Assembly (NCBI RefSeq): GCF_004010195.1
Contig: NC_057718.1
Location: 20,400,915-20,464,914 of the forward strand
Length of the DNA stretch: 64,000 bases
Reading direction: 5' to 3'
From: Chiloscyllium plagiosum
Taxonomy: Eukaryota
Positions 50,201 through 63,718 of this stretch are shown in pieces. Every line of letters starts with the position of its first letter. Position 1 is the stretch's first letter. The notes under the pieces were generated by a model. That model had not been told where the DNA came from. It made no database searches and saw only the letters and a list, made by a program, of their open reading frames with translations. Position numbers and translations under genes: made by a program.

Positions 50201-51252
50201 CAAAGCCTGGTAGGAGCAATGCTTATGTGAAAGAAAAAGGGAAGGGTAGGATCAAATCAAAATAGAATTGAAGGGGGAAATTAAGCACTCCAACTTCACA
50301 CACACCCTCCCCGTGCCTATCTCTCCCTAAAGGCATTGAGTGTTGATGGACACTGCATGCTCTCTCTCCAAAGACACCTGGACTCGAACGTAACTATGAA
50401 GAGGAGCAAGCAGTTGGCTGAAATTATTCCTGCCTAGACCTGTTAATGGCCACATTGGCCAGGCCCAGGAGCAGACCCACAAGGAGATCCTCCAGCCTGC
50501 CCACTCCCTTCTTAAGGTAGACATTCCTGGTCTTATCTGTCAGTCAGGGCTCCCTGATTGGACCAGATTAACAGCCCCAATCGGGGAACCCATATTCTAT
50601 GAGGTCCAGCTGTCTGACTTCAATACTGAAAGGTGAGAATATATTCCTTATTCTAATAATTAATTGTTTGAGTGACAGGCACATCTAATATTAATGTATA
50701 GACAGTTGCAATCTACTTGAAGGAATAAGATGGTGAAGGTGGTTGTTAATTGATGACGTTTGCTGATGTGAAATTATTTTTCTTTCACATCCTTTTAAAC
50801 AATTCACATTGTGCATGTTGAGAGGTTCCATGCACATCGAATTCTCTGATTTAAAAATGATCAATAGTCATTGAGGGAACCTGGAATAAAACATCACAGT
50901 CCAGCTCTATCTTGCCTACATCCGGATTCTACAGTTACTTTCTAATAAAGAGTCAGTGGCGAATGTTTGGGAATGAGAACTCCGGCTGATAACTTTTCCC
51001 CTCGCCCTAACCCAGAGCAATAGAAATTAATTATGCTTCTGCTGAAGAGTTATTAAACCTGGAGCAGTCTGGATTTTGTTAAACAAAATGTGTACTAGGG
51101 TTTGGATTTACATTCATCCAGCAGCTCAGTTGGCAAGTTGCACTTTGAAGGTTACATGACTGTGGCAAATGAATTTGAAGTTATTTGATACATTTAGATT
51201 TTTGATGTTTTCCTAATTTCAGATAAATAAGAAATGTAAATGAAAATCTTAC

Positions 51253-51326
51253 CTATAACAGGCATTACAGTTATGGTTTTACAGTGTTTTGTTGCTGCTA
51301 AAATATTTTCTGGCATATCTTCGTTG
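51253..51326 (-). CDS. MRPL4: MRPL4 exon (NEDMPENILAATKHCKTITVMPVI)
   Basis: cttcttcag acceptor and gtaag donor on -; 74 nt, phase 2-1. Confidence 0.9.
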
Positions 51327-52004
51327 CTGAAGAAGTGAATAATAAATAAATCAATTTCACAATCTAAATATTCAAAGTATTCGTACTTGGTAACCTAAAT
51401 TACATTGGCATTAGTTAGCACTATCTCTCAGCAAAGTAATGTTTTCTCAATAACTAACATCCGCCCAATGAATGTGCAGAGTACCTGAATTCAAACATTC
51501 TGTTGAAAGATTGATGAACCTGTTTGGTTCTTATAAACTAGTTTCTTATAAATGAATAGCTTTATTGAACTCCATTTCACAACTTGTCATGGGTAGAATT
51601 GAAACTGAATCTTTTTGGTAACAAGACAAGTACATTGCTACACTACCCAATATATAATCTAAATAGCATGATTCAAATAAAATGCATTTTAACTGGATTT
51701 GAAATTATTTACTTGGAAAACTGTTCTGAATTTTCTTGAGTTAAAAAATGTCATGATTTTGCAATTAACCTGAACTAATTTGCCCAGAATGAGGCTAAAA
51801 CTGGATCAAATTCCCACAATTGCACAATAAAACAATCTGATTCAGATCACTGGTGTATTTTAAATACAAAGCCTGCAAATGCAGTATTGCATTTAAATAA
51901 TCTATCTTTCACAGTGGATTGAAAAGCTTGTACTATTTCTTTTCCAAACATTAACCCTATGTTTATAAAAAATTTACAAATTACAGCACAGAACAAATAC
52001 TTAC

Positions 52005-52114
52005 ACATCTACAATAAGAACAGAATCTCCCCAGTGTCGATAACGTGCCAAGTCAAGAAGATATTGAGGATCTGGGCTAGGCATCTCAAGGGAATCAATA
52101 ATGTGAAGGTAATC
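52005..52114 (-). CDS. MRPL4: MRPL4 exon ([37 protein letters not shown])
   Basis: ttttag acceptor and gtaagt donor on -; 110 nt. Resembles human [36 protein letters not shown]. Confidence 0.95.
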
Positions 52115-54664
52115 CTAAAAGAAGGCATGAAAAGATGATACCAATAAGTTCAATACACAGGTGGTGTGAAAAACTAGGTGATTAGAATGATTAAACTCAG
52201 TTTTATATTCCATCAAGACATACCTTTACTATCAAACAGGGTGTCAAATAATTGTTTTAGTTTTCATAATTTAAGTGCCTAGCTTGGTTTAGGAAAAAAA
52301 AAAGCTGGAAAACAACATAATTTGCAGAATTCCTCACTATGACTATTGTTATAAGTCACCTTAGAGGCACATTTAGACTGGGGACACTGAAATGGAACAT
52401 AAGTGCCGACATGGTGAGTTCTGACAAAAGATCACTGGACTCAATATAAATTCTGTTTATCTCTCTATGATGCCATGTTGCTAGAGAAACCCACTGAGTT
52501 TCTCCAGTGCTTTATTTTTGCTTTCAATTCCAAGCATCCCCAGTTCTTTGGTTTAAGCTATGGCAATAGGGGCTAAGATTATTTTTGTTAGAAATTAATT
52601 TTTCTTTAAAGCATAATTGCAAAACATTAATGGTCAAAAGAAATACATGCACCATGATCACAATACTATAAAAACACTTCTAAAGTACTGTGCTGTCTTC
52701 ACATTACAACACCGCTCATTTAGGTTCAGTAGCTCTGGAGAATGCTGCCTTCTTAATTAACCCAGAGATCTCAGCATAGAGTCATATCCCAACCCAATCT
52801 AGTCCCACCTGCCAGCACCAGGCCCATATCCCTCCAAACCCTTCCTATTCATATGTTTAGATCAGAGTGGTGCTGGAAAAGCACAGCATATTCATATACC
52901 CATCCAAATGCAGTTAGAAGAAAACTTCTAAGTCTTATACACCTGGCAATTATGAACATTGAAATAGAATCAAAATGCTGGAAATTCTTAGCCATGTGAA
53001 TATTTCAAGTCACTGACAGTAACTCTTCAGTAGAACTAAAACATTAACTGTATTTCTCTCCACAAATGCCTTTGTGTACTCCCAGCCTATTTTTTTATGA
53101 TTTTCAACACATGTTGTATTTTGCTTTCTTTTAAAAATTAATAAATTGGGGGATTCACGATGGCAGCAATCCAGTAGATCTGCCCTGCTGAGCTCTGCAC
53201 CAGAACCCAGTCAAAGTGGTGCACTCATCCTCTCTTTATTACCCATTGTGGTAGAAATTGTTAGTTTTTGACCCCCAGAATTGCTGTGTGTTGGTTTATA
53301 ATAGTTAGAAAAATGACTAAAGGGAAGGGAAAGCGAGGATTGCAGGGCACTCCCATGCAGCACTGGACATGTCCGCGGCCGCAGCATCAGCCTCTGTGAG
53401 CGGTCCTGGAGACTTACCTATCGAACACTGCCTGGTCTTGGAGTTTGTGAAACTCCGAGAGAAGATCGATTCAGCGATGGAGGAGACCTGGACCAATCTG
53501 GAACCGAAGTCAGTCACGCTGCAGAAGCATGACCAGGAGATCCAGCATCTCAGGCAGCATGTCATGGAGGTCGAGCAACGGACTGCGGCGTCCAAAACCG
53601 CGATAGAATCCTTGGCGGGTTGGGTTCAGGCCCTGGAACGGCAGGTATAGGCTTTGGAAGAGCAGGTCAACGACCTCAAAAATCAAGGCCGTTGGAAGAA
53701 CGCCCGCCTGGTGGCACTGCCAGAACGGGAGGAAGAAGGTCAGCTTATCAGCTTCTTGGAGCTATGGCTCCCGCAGTCTTTGAAGTTGGAAGTCAAGGCA
53801 GGCCAAGTTGGCCCACCGGGTCACAGTGTGCAGGCCCGAATCGGACCAGTGCCCCCCATCTGGTCCTAATGCAACTCTTGCACCACAGAGATAAGCAAAT
53901 GGTGCTGGAAGCATCTAGAGCACTGGAGAAGGATCCACAGGCTCTGATATACAAAGGATCGCAAATTATGCTTTTCCAGGACTTTACTGCAGTCGTGATT
54001 CGCAAGAGGAAGGCATTTGATGAGGTAAAAAGGTGGCTGAGGGACTTGAATATCTAGTACTTCATAACATATCTGGCAATATTATGTTTCAGCCACAAAG
54101 AGTCAGTGTTTAATTTTGACTCACCGGAAAGGCAAAGGACCTCCTAGATACCTTAGACTGGCTGGCTCGAATAATTTGGACAATAATGTTTACTTTGTTT
54201 TTCTCTGTAGTTTGACTGGTTCACCTGGTTGTTGTTTTTTAAAAATATATCTGGGGGTCCTCACTGTTTTTTCTTTTTCTCTGTCTTCTCCCTTCTCTCT
54301 CCCCTCCCGTTAGCCTTTGTTTTATTTTTTATCATCATTTCCTTTATGTTTTCTCTCCCTTGATATGGGATTGGGGGCAGGGAGTATTATTAATTTTATT
54401 TCTCTATAAGGAGTGCCTAGGGTTAAAGTATGGATAGGACAGGTTGAGTGCCCACTTTCAATCTTCTTGTTATAAGACTTTCTTATAACTTTTTCTTACT
54501 TTGTGTTGTCTGGGGCTGGGGAATGGCTTCAGCTAGAAAGAGCCATGGAGGGGTTAGTGGGTAGTGTATGTGCCCCCTGTGGGCAAGGGGGAAAGTCTCT
54601 TTTCATTTGTGTTATATATTGGTCTGTAGAAGTTGTTGTTAGAAGTTTTGATTTGGTAGTTTTA

Positions 54665-54877
54665 GGATTAGATTAGATTAGATTAGATTACCTTAGTGTG
54701 GAAACAGGCCCTTAGCCCAGCAAGTCCACACCAACCCTCCGAAGAGTATTCCATCCAGACCCATTTCCCTCTGACTAATGCACCTACCACTATGGGCCAT
54801 TTAGCATGGCTAATTCACCTAACCTGCACATCTTTGGACTGTGGGAGGAAACCAGAGCACCCAGAGGAAACCCACAG
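54665..54877 (-). mobile_element. HE1-type SINE fragment in the L1 inter-ORF spacer
   Basis: (gatta)n tail followed by the reverse SINE core. Confidence 0.85.
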
Positions 54878-57013
54878 TTGTGTTTTTAAATTTACATGAA
54901 CTGTTTGCTGTTTTCACTCGGCATGCTATGAGTGGGGTTCTTCATCCGGGTGGGTCACGGACTGTTTAGGACGGCTATGGTTAACCGTTCGTTTAAATGG
55001 TGCACCTGGAATGTTAAGGGGAGTCATTCACCAATTAAGAAAAAAAATACTTTCAAGCCTTAGAAAAGAGAGGATCGATGTAGCCTTGCTGCAATAAACA
55101 CATCTAACCAATAAGGAGCACTTGAAATTACTGCAGGGAGGGGTCAGATGGGTGTTTTTCTCATCCTTTAATTCAAAAAAGTAGAGGAGTTCCTATACTC
55201 TTCCAGAAGAATCTCCCATTTCAACTGTTAGACCAAATTAAGGATGAATGTGGACGGTTTATGATTCTTAAAGCTTTAATACATGGAGAGAAGTATGGGA
55301 TTTTGAATGTATATTGCCCCCCAGCACATCCCCTCAAATTTTTAACGGATGCGCTTCCCAGGTTGATGGCCCTTGGGATGTATCATACTATTATTTGGGG
55401 GGACTTTAAACGACGTATTGACCCTGAAGTGGACAGGCTGCCCAGGGGTCTCGCGGGTATGTCCCCGCAATCCAGGCAGTTGGGGTTGATGGATGTGTAG
55501 AAATGTTTTCACCTGAGGGTAGATATTTCACCTTTTTCTCTAACTCGCATAAGTGCTATACTAGGATTGATATGTTTTTTGCCCCATCGACCATTTTGAA
55601 TTCAGTGCTGTCTAGCAGAATCGGGAACATAGCCATTTCTGATCATGTGGCAGTGTACATGCCAGTCAAGGCTGGTCGTAACAGGACAGGCTCGTGGCAC
55701 TGGCACATGGATCCTTCCTCTTGAAGGATAGCAAGTTTATATAGCATTTTTCACGGGAACTTAAAATTTTTTGGGACATTAATTTAGGTATGACCAGTAA
55801 TCCGTCGATGCTCTGGGAGTCTGCCAAGGCCTATGCAAGGGGTTTGATTATTTCTTACTCGGCGACCCAGAAGCGGCAGAGGGGAGAGCAGCAGCATCTG
55901 TTTGAGGCTCGCCTGAAGGCAGCTGAGACAGCATACTTTGACAGACCGTCTGTAACCAAGTTGCAGAAGATTGCAGCCCTCAGGGCTACTTTGAATGCTG
56001 TACTCATCCAGACAGTAAAGAGGGAAATCTTTGTGAAACAGAGGTAATTCATGTCTGGTGATAAACTGGGTAGATATCTAGCATATCTGGTCAAAAAGAA
56101 GAATGTCCCCCAATCTGTCACATCCATTAAAAGAGAGTGCTGGTACTCTTACTTGCGATGCCAAATTGATTAATGCAGCATTTAGTAAGTTCTACTCTGA
56201 ACTGTACCGGTTGGAGGGCTGTGAGGACAGATCGGCGAAGATGGGCCCTTTTTTAAGACTTTGGACCTTCCAGGTGTAACTTCAGCGCAGGCATCTTTTT
56301 TGAATGCCCCTCTGACAATCCAAAGAGATACAGGAGGTGGTGAGGCAGCTCCAGAGTGGTAAAGCATCCAGCACAGAAAGACATCAAAGTGAGTTTTACA
56401 AGGAGTTTATAGACACGCTGGCCGGGCACTGTTGGATATGTAACTACTAGAACAGTCAGGACTGTCTCCCATCCTCTCTGAGAAAAGCAAATACTTCTCT
56501 TATTCTCAAGAAAGGGAAAGCCCCAGAAGACTGTATTTTGTACAGGCCCATATTGTTACTGAACGTGGATTTTAAATTTCTGTCGAAAATGCTGGCATTG
56601 AGATTGGAGAGGGTTCTGCCCTTCATCGTAAAGGAGGACCAGACAGGTTTTATTAAGCATCATAGGTCTACTAATAATATTTGAAAAGTATTAAACATGA
56701 TTCAGGTATGCCAGCAAGGGTCGATTCCAGGCTTGGTAGTTTCCCTGGATGCAGAGAAAACATTTGACCGGGTGGAGTGGCTGTACCTCTTACGTACTGG
56801 AGCGTTTTTTTTTTGCCAGCTGGGTGGCAGTGCTATATAGTGACCCGAAAGCAGCAGTTCTCACTAATGGTATAAGGTCAATTTTAGTATTGATAGAGGC
56901 AGCCAATAAGGGTGTCCTCTCTCACCACTATAAATTAGATCAGTGATTGAGCCGTTGGCAGAGTTCATCCGGAGGGACCCCAATATAATTGCCCTGGAGG
57001 TAGGATCAGACAG

Positions 57014-57100
57014 GTAAAAACAATGACTGCAGATGCTGGAAACCAGATTCTGGATTAGTGGTGCTGGAAGAGCACAGCAGTTCAGGCAGCATCCAAGGAA
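57014..57100 (-). mobile_element. Penelope-derived fragment inserted in L1 ORF2
   Basis: ctgcagatgctgga...ggcagcatccaagga flanked by duplicated cagacagg. Confidence 0.7.
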
Positions 57101-59285
57101 CAGACAGGCATAAGATCACCCTTTATACGGATGACATTCTTCTGTTTTTAACTGATCTAATGATATCTGTGTCCCGTTTAATACAAGTGATTCATCTATT
57201 TGGTTCGTTTTCAGGGTATAAAATTAATTTTATGAAGTCGGAGATCATGCCTGTGGGGGGCCTTACCAGAACATCTGATCTTGGGGATGGAACCCAATTC
57301 CCTTGCAGGTGATCACACAGAGGTTTCTTGTATTTAGACATTTTTATCACCCAACCCTTCAATCAATTATATAAAGCTAACTTTGTGCAGTAGCTAGAGA
57401 AGACAGGAACTTCGGCGCTGGGACAATCTTCCGATATCCTGGTTGGGTAGAGTTGCTCTGGTCAAGATGAATGTTCTTCCTCGTTTATTATATCCCATGC
57501 GAATGCTCCCTTTGATGCTGCTTAGGCAAGCGCTACGGAAGCTTTACAGTTGGCTTGGATCTTTCATCTGGCATCACAGGCGGCTTCTTATTAAGCTTGC
57601 CAAATTGCAGCTTCCGCAGGAGATGGGAGGTTCGGATTTCCCAGATTTTAAGAAATATCAATTGAGTTCCCTACTATCCTATGTGGTTGATTGGGCTTGC
57701 CAGGAACCGCGGTCAATCTGGCTGGACATCGAGGCCTCCCAGGGTAAATGCTCTCTCATCAATTTGTTGTTTATGAACAAGATAAGGACTATTATGGACC
57801 AGTGCAGGAATCTGATTGTCCTTAACACGGTTAAAGCATGGAGAATGATGCGACAAAGTTTTTTAACAAAAAAATTTCCCCTTTCACCCCCATAGTGGGA
57901 ATGTTAGGATTCTGGTTGGGATCAATGGACTCTGGCTTTAAACTCTGGGAATCTAGAGGAGTCTCCTGTTTGGGAGATTTATTTGATAGGGAGGTCATGA
58001 TGTCTTTCAAGCAGTTGAGCCAGAATTATGAGTTACCTAAGAGGGATTTTGCTACTTTCAGGTTAGGGACTTTATACAGAAAAAGACTACATTGATGGTT
58101 AGTCCCTATAAGTCAGACATGGAGAGGAATGCGCTTCGGTCCATGGGCGCTCTCTTAGTCAGTACCCTCTATCAAGTGTTAGGAGGTAATTTCTCGAAGG
58201 AAATTGGGCAGCTATGTGGAATCGGGACTCAAGAATTGGGAATGGAGATCTTGTTAGAGGCGTGGGACGATATTTGGGAGAACGCAAGGAAGATTTTGAT
58301 TTGTAATAGGACGCAGGCTATGCAATTGAAGGTACTCCACAGGGCTCACAGCACGGAACAGCTTGCGAAATTTAAGACAGGACAGTCCCAATGTGCCCCA
58401 AACATAAAACAGATGTTGGCACTCTTACTCATTGCTTGTGGTGCCAAAGCACGTGTTTTGGAAGGGGTTTTGGGAACTGAGGTCAAGGTGGTTCTGGTGT
58501 CCCTCCTCTTGGGTTTGCCAAATCTCCCTTCTTTGGACACGCATGGAAAGAAACTGTTTAATATTCTTTCATTCTATACGAGGAAGAACATTGTAATGAG
58601 GTGGGTGTCAGAGAATCCCCCGGGACCCTCGGGGTAATATAGATCAGTTATGGAGCACATCCCCCTGGACCTCCTTATGAGTATGGTGCACCAGAAAACT
58701 GAACTGTGTTATAGGATCTGGCGACCCTTTCTAAATTATATAGACACAGACTTGTCGACTATATTGGTCAGGACTTCTGTGTAGTCATGAGGGCTATGTC
58801 TGACAGTCCAGTGGCCCCTGGGAAGAAGAATTCTGAACAAATACGGGTTTGCGTGCTGATGCTCCCGGTGGTGGAGAGCTTTGATGGGATTGTGCCGAGT
58901 GCAGTAACTTAACTGAATGTAATTTAATTTACCTTGGTTCAACTTGGTTTAATTTAGTTTTTTAGTTATTTATTAAATTGTAGTTTTCATATGTTTTTCT
59001 CTCTCCTCCGTGATTTATGGAGTAGAGTAGTAGTTTGTTTACTGTTATTGTCGTTATATTATAAGATTCTTATACTGTTTTGTAGTGATTTTGTAATTTT
59101 GTAAAAAATTTAATCTTTTTTTCTCAATAAAAATATTTACAAAAAAAGAATAAATTGCCTTGGCTAGGTTAGCCACCTAGTTGTCACAGCTAGAAAAAAA
59201 ACCCTAAGGTTTAGTTACGCCAAAGAGTGAAATAAAGCAGATAAAAAGTTCAAAACTGGTTTGGAAAGGGCAGACTAGTACTTAC

Positions 59286-59392
59286 CTGAGTTAACTTCAT
59301 AGTGAGAGCCACTTTCAGTCCCATAACACGCACTTTCATGGGCAACATGTAATAGTAACTAGTTGGCCCTCGAGGACCATGGGCAACACCAC
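59286..59392 (-). CDS. MRPL4: MRPL4 exon ([36 protein letters not shown])
   Basis: aacag acceptor and gtaag donor on -; 107 nt; conserved uL4 motif GGVAHGP. Confidence 0.96.
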
Positions 59393-60161
59393 CTGTTAAA
59401 CAAAACAAATTTTCTGACGCTCAATAATTTTTTTTAAAATCCAGATCTGTCCAGTTAATATGCTGAGTGTTCTCTTTCTAAACTGGTTTCCATAGATTAT
59501 TTCACTGTAAATAGTTAGAAGTGGAAACCTTTCCCCATTGTTATTCCATAGAGCAGTGATTGTTTGCATTTTCTCTTGAACTGCAAATATCCTTACTGTG
59601 TTGTAAGAAGCACTAATCTTAATGTAGATATGGTCCATGATCGTTGTTTATGTTCCCTAAATATAACAAAGGACTATCCCAACTTTTGAGAACAGTGTAT
59701 TATCACACGTTTCAGAACTAGGCTTTTCCTAATCAATCAAAACAATTCCTATAACAATGGATTAGATGCCGCAGCAAGTTATTAAATTAAAAGGGCACAG
59801 ATTATTGAAAAGATTTAAAGCAGTGCATCTATTGCAAAAGATTACGAATGTGGTCAGCTAGTCCAAATTCTTCATTGTCCCAGCCTGACTTTTGGAATAC
59901 AAATTAATTTTGTTTTTAATCAAACAACGATAGATTAAAATGTGCATTATTATAATGCAGAACATGTGGAGGATGGGCAGAGGAGAAAGAGTTTTACACT
60001 GCTTGTTACATAGAATGAAAAAAATACCTACTTTATACATGGTTCTAACATAATTACAAATAGAGAAACAGCAGAAATATGCCTCTAAAAAGAGCCTGAA
60101 AAATGTGTAATTAACAGAATTAATTAAATAAATATAAATGCTTTCATCAATAAATGATTAC

Positions 60162-60279
60162 CTCCCCTCCATATTGGTGATCGGATACTGCCATGACGTG
60201 CCCTGCCACTTCCCTTCTGTCGCCATGGTTTCCTACCTCCACCTCGTACTTCAGCTCGAGACTTCACCTTGGCATAGCT
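60162..60279 (-). CDS. MRPL4: MRPL4 exon ([39 protein letters not shown])
   Basis: tgtag acceptor and gtaatc donor on -; 118 nt; hallmark uL4 loop [26 protein letters not shown]. Confidence 0.97.
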
Positions 60280-60750
60280 CTACAAATTTAACAAAAGAAT
60301 GGAATTAAAATGGATTTTCTATCAGTATTTTTGCAGACCTGATCAATGTGTTAAATTATGAGGACAGTTTTCCTAAACCTAGCTTGCATTCCCTTGAGTT
60401 TAGAACCTATGTTCTTAAAATTATATAATGGTATGGAATGGATGGGAACAAGTAATCAATTCCCTTCAGGATGGGGAACATATCCTATCAGCATCACCAC
60501 CTACAGGACTGTAGATTTTAAGTCAATGGAAATTTAAGACCATGACATATTTTTCTTAAATAATGGTATCAATAGATATAAAGCAAAGCAGTTAATTACA
60601 TTAAAATGCAGATAAGCTTTGATCTATTCAAATGGCAGACAGCTCCAAGGGCTAAAATGGCCTACACCTGTTCCAAAAACATGGTCTTGAAAATGAAAAT
60701 ATTTGTGAAGTGAATGGCATGCATTTCAACAATAAATCAAATGTACTTAC

Positions 60751-60802
60751 TATTCTTTTAAAGTTTTTCTGCCAAATTGCAACTTCATGTAGAATATCAA
60801 TT
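60751..60802 (-). CDS. MRPL4: MRPL4 exon (RIDILHEVAIWQKNFKRI)
   Basis: aaacag acceptor and gtaagt donor on -; 52 nt, phase 2-0. Confidence 0.93.
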
Positions 60803-61626
60803 CTGTTTAAAACAAAATAGTCAATTCATGGCATTTGCTTTCTGAAACAGCAACTGTACATATAATATTTTAAATCAATCATTATGATAGAGGAGGATCC
60901 CATTCAGCCCATTGTGTCTGTGCTGGCTTTTTAAATGGACATCTGACCAAGTTACATTCTCCTGTCTACTTCCCGTAATCCTGTACACCGTTCCTTTTCA
61001 AATATCATTTCATTCCCTTTTGAGTGCCTTGCTTGAACTTGCTTCCACCACATTATCAAGCAATACATTACAGACCATAACCATGTGCTGTATGAAGACA
61101 CTTTTCTCATCTCAATATTGCTTCTTTTATTATTACTTTAAATCGGACCCTTTGTTCTGAATTCTTCCTTGATTAGGAATATATTTACTTTGGCCAAACC
61201 TCTAACGATTTTGAATACTTCAATCAGATCTCCTTTCAGCCTTTTCTTCATGCCAAACAGTCCAAATTTCTCCAGTCGGTCTTCATACTGAATGTCCTCC
61301 CTGGAAACATTCGCAAAAGCCCATACTCTCTCCAAAGCCATCAAAACATTCCTAAAGTGCAGCACCGAGAATTGGAAGCAATATTCCAGTGAGGCCAAAG
61401 TTGTGCTTCATGGAAGTTCAATATAACTTTCTTGTTCTATGCTTCTATTAACCAAATCAATTGGTCAACATTAAGTCAAATAATACAGTATCAATGTAGA
61501 TAAATGCAAAAATTTAAGAAATGAACTTGAATGCACTACTTTGCATACAGCTAACAAGTGCAATGAAATCTTGGTCCATTTTTGATCCAGAGGGCAAAAC
61601 AGATTACTTGACTGGTACATCAATTA

Positions 61627-61750
61627 CTGAAGAAGGGCTTATGCCCGAAACGTCGATTCTCCTGTTCCTTGGATGCTGCCTGACCTGCTGCGCTTTTCCA
61701 GCAACACATTTTCAGCTCTGATCTCCAGCATCTGCAGCCCTCACTTTCTC
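61627..61750 (+). mobile_element. Young family-A Penelope-derived short element beginning exactly at a hammerhead core
   Basis: Perfect 15-bp TSD ctggtacatcaatta (61612-61626, 61751-61765). Starts CTGAAGA-A-GGGC-ttat-GCCC-GAAA-CGTC. Confidence 0.88.
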
Positions 61751-63153
61751 CTGGTACATCAATTAGTCCAGACCATTACATCTTCCACTACCATGCCTAC
61801 ATTGTTTTCTAAAAACTGTACTGCAAAACTTTAAATAAAGATTTCTCTCAGGGCGCCTCCCAAAGTTTAAATTTATACCACTAAGAAAGGTAACTGCTGC
61901 AGATGCATTGGTGCCGCATCACTTTGCAAATTCTCAAGTCACACGTCATCTGAACTAGAACATGTCATGTCACTGTTGTTCAAGGAGATACACTATCATC
62001 ACCAAAGACCACTAGGTTCTTAAAACTTTGAAATTTGTCTAATTTTTTTCCCCTTTTAGGCACAATGTTCACACTAAGCAGGTTTCCCTTTTTAACAAAG
62101 CAGCAAATTGTCATTGCCAGTTTCCAACTTCAGTTAAACCACAGTAGCACAGATGAGGAGTGTGATGGAATGCTCCATATTTGCCAGGTGAATGCAGCTC
62201 CAACAACAGTCAAGAGGTTTGACACCATCGGTAAAAAAACAGCACACTGATTAGCACCACATCCAAAAACATCCACTTCCTTCACCACTGATGCTTAGTA
62301 GCAGCAGTGTGAATTATCTGCAAGATGCACTGCAGAAATTCACCGAAGCTTCTAAGGCAATACCTACCAAACAAACAACCATTAACATCTAGAAGGACAA
62401 TGGCAGCAGATACATGGGTACACCACAACCTCTAAGTGCCCCCAAGCCGCTTACCATCCTGACTTGAAAATATATCACCATTCCTTCACTGTCATTGGGT
62501 CAAAATGATCAAACTCCTTCCCTATCAGCATCTATCTCCAACACATGGACTACAGCAGTTCAAGAAAACACCTAACCATGAATTTCTATGGGGCAACTAG
62601 GGCCAAGCAATAAAATGCTAGCTCAGCCAGTGCCATCCATGTATCACAAGCAAATTTTTTAAAAGTTAATATATACAAGAAAAGACTAATTTATGATCAT
62701 AGGCAACATGTTACAATCAAGTTTACTTTAAACATTCTAACTGTTTTATGGTGACCACATTCAGTACACTTATATTTTCACTGTTTTTACATTTATATAT
62801 ATACTTTTGCACACAGCCGAATATCATAGGGAAAGAAACACATGACACTGTTCCAAACTAATACAATGACAATTAATTTTTTCAGACAAAAACTATAAGG
62901 AAAGATAATGGAACAATAGGAAGCCAATTTTAAATAATCAAGTTATATAATATTTCAGTTCTGTTGTAATCTCAAAATGAAGTAATTGATTAATTTCTAT
63001 CACATGTAATGAGATACAGTGAAATGTGTTTTTTTGTGTGCTATACAGGCAGATCATAACATACAAAGTGCAACAGGTTTGCAGAACAGAGTGCAGAATA
63101 CAGTGTTACAACCATAGAGTAAGTGCAGAGAGACAGAGATCAGAATACATTAC

Positions 63154-63322
63154 CTTGGAGGTACTGCAAAAACATCAGGGTGTAAATCAACGATGCCTAG
63201 CTTGTCATCAGTATAGCCCCGCAGAGATTCCAGCCATGCCTGTCTGGGCTTCAGATGTGTAGGAACTGCTATCTCACACCTTCGGAAAACAGGCAATTCA
63301 GATTCAAATGATGGTGGTGGTC
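63154..63322 (-). CDS. MRPL4: MRPL4 exon (PPPSFESELPVFRRCEIAVPTHLKPRQAWLESLRGYTDDKLGIVDLHPDVFAVPP)
   Basis: tttcag acceptor and gtaatg donor on -; 169 nt, phase 1-2; conserved QAWxESL and LHPDVFA motifs. Confidence 0.93.
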
Positions 63323-63675
63323 CTGAAATATATTAACCAGATTATGAATGCTGTCATTATCAAATAATGAATGAATCTTACTCATCCATGAATACAATGG
63401 TGGCAGTTAAAACAATGCTTTAAAAAGATTCCATTGTCTAGCATCCATTCAAAATGTACATGTAAAAAACATTCTACCTCAGATTGAACACAATGCAAAT
63501 AAAGCTTACTATGCCCTTTAAACTCTGGCTGCAACCGATAACTGACCACTGAACTACTGAAATCAGAATTCCTTAAAAATAAATGTATGGCTCCTGGTTT
63601 TGGTTAGTTTATCTCTTCAATTAGCCAACTTTCTTGGTCCTTTATGATTAATAATTAAAATAATTTCTCCCTCAC

Positions 63676-63718
63676 CTTTTGCTTTCAGGTCTGATTCTTT
63701 TCCTTCATGAATCATAAC
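63676..63718 (-). CDS. MRPL4: Probable upstream MRPL4 exon (VMIHEGKESDLKAK); the first exon is not in the window
   Basis: ctcttatttatag acceptor and G|gtgagg donor on -; 43 nt, phase 0-1, compatible with the next exon. Poorly conserved N-terminal region. Confidence 0.6.

Larger units (their letters stand above)
53148..59147 (+). mobile_element. Near full-length L1-clade LINE (ORF1 about 53313-54150; ORF2 54977 to about 58785), disabled, antisense in an MRPL4 intron
   Basis: ORF1 coiled coil plus FQDF..VIRKRKAFDEVK. ORF2 has TWNVKG, NVYCP, GDF, SDH, LDAEKAFD-like, LYTDDILL, FSGYKIN and GRVALVKMNVLPRLLY. AATAAA at 59126 then an A-tail. TSD core aataaattg (53140-53148, 59149-59157) after a TT/AAAA site. 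Confidence 0.93.
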
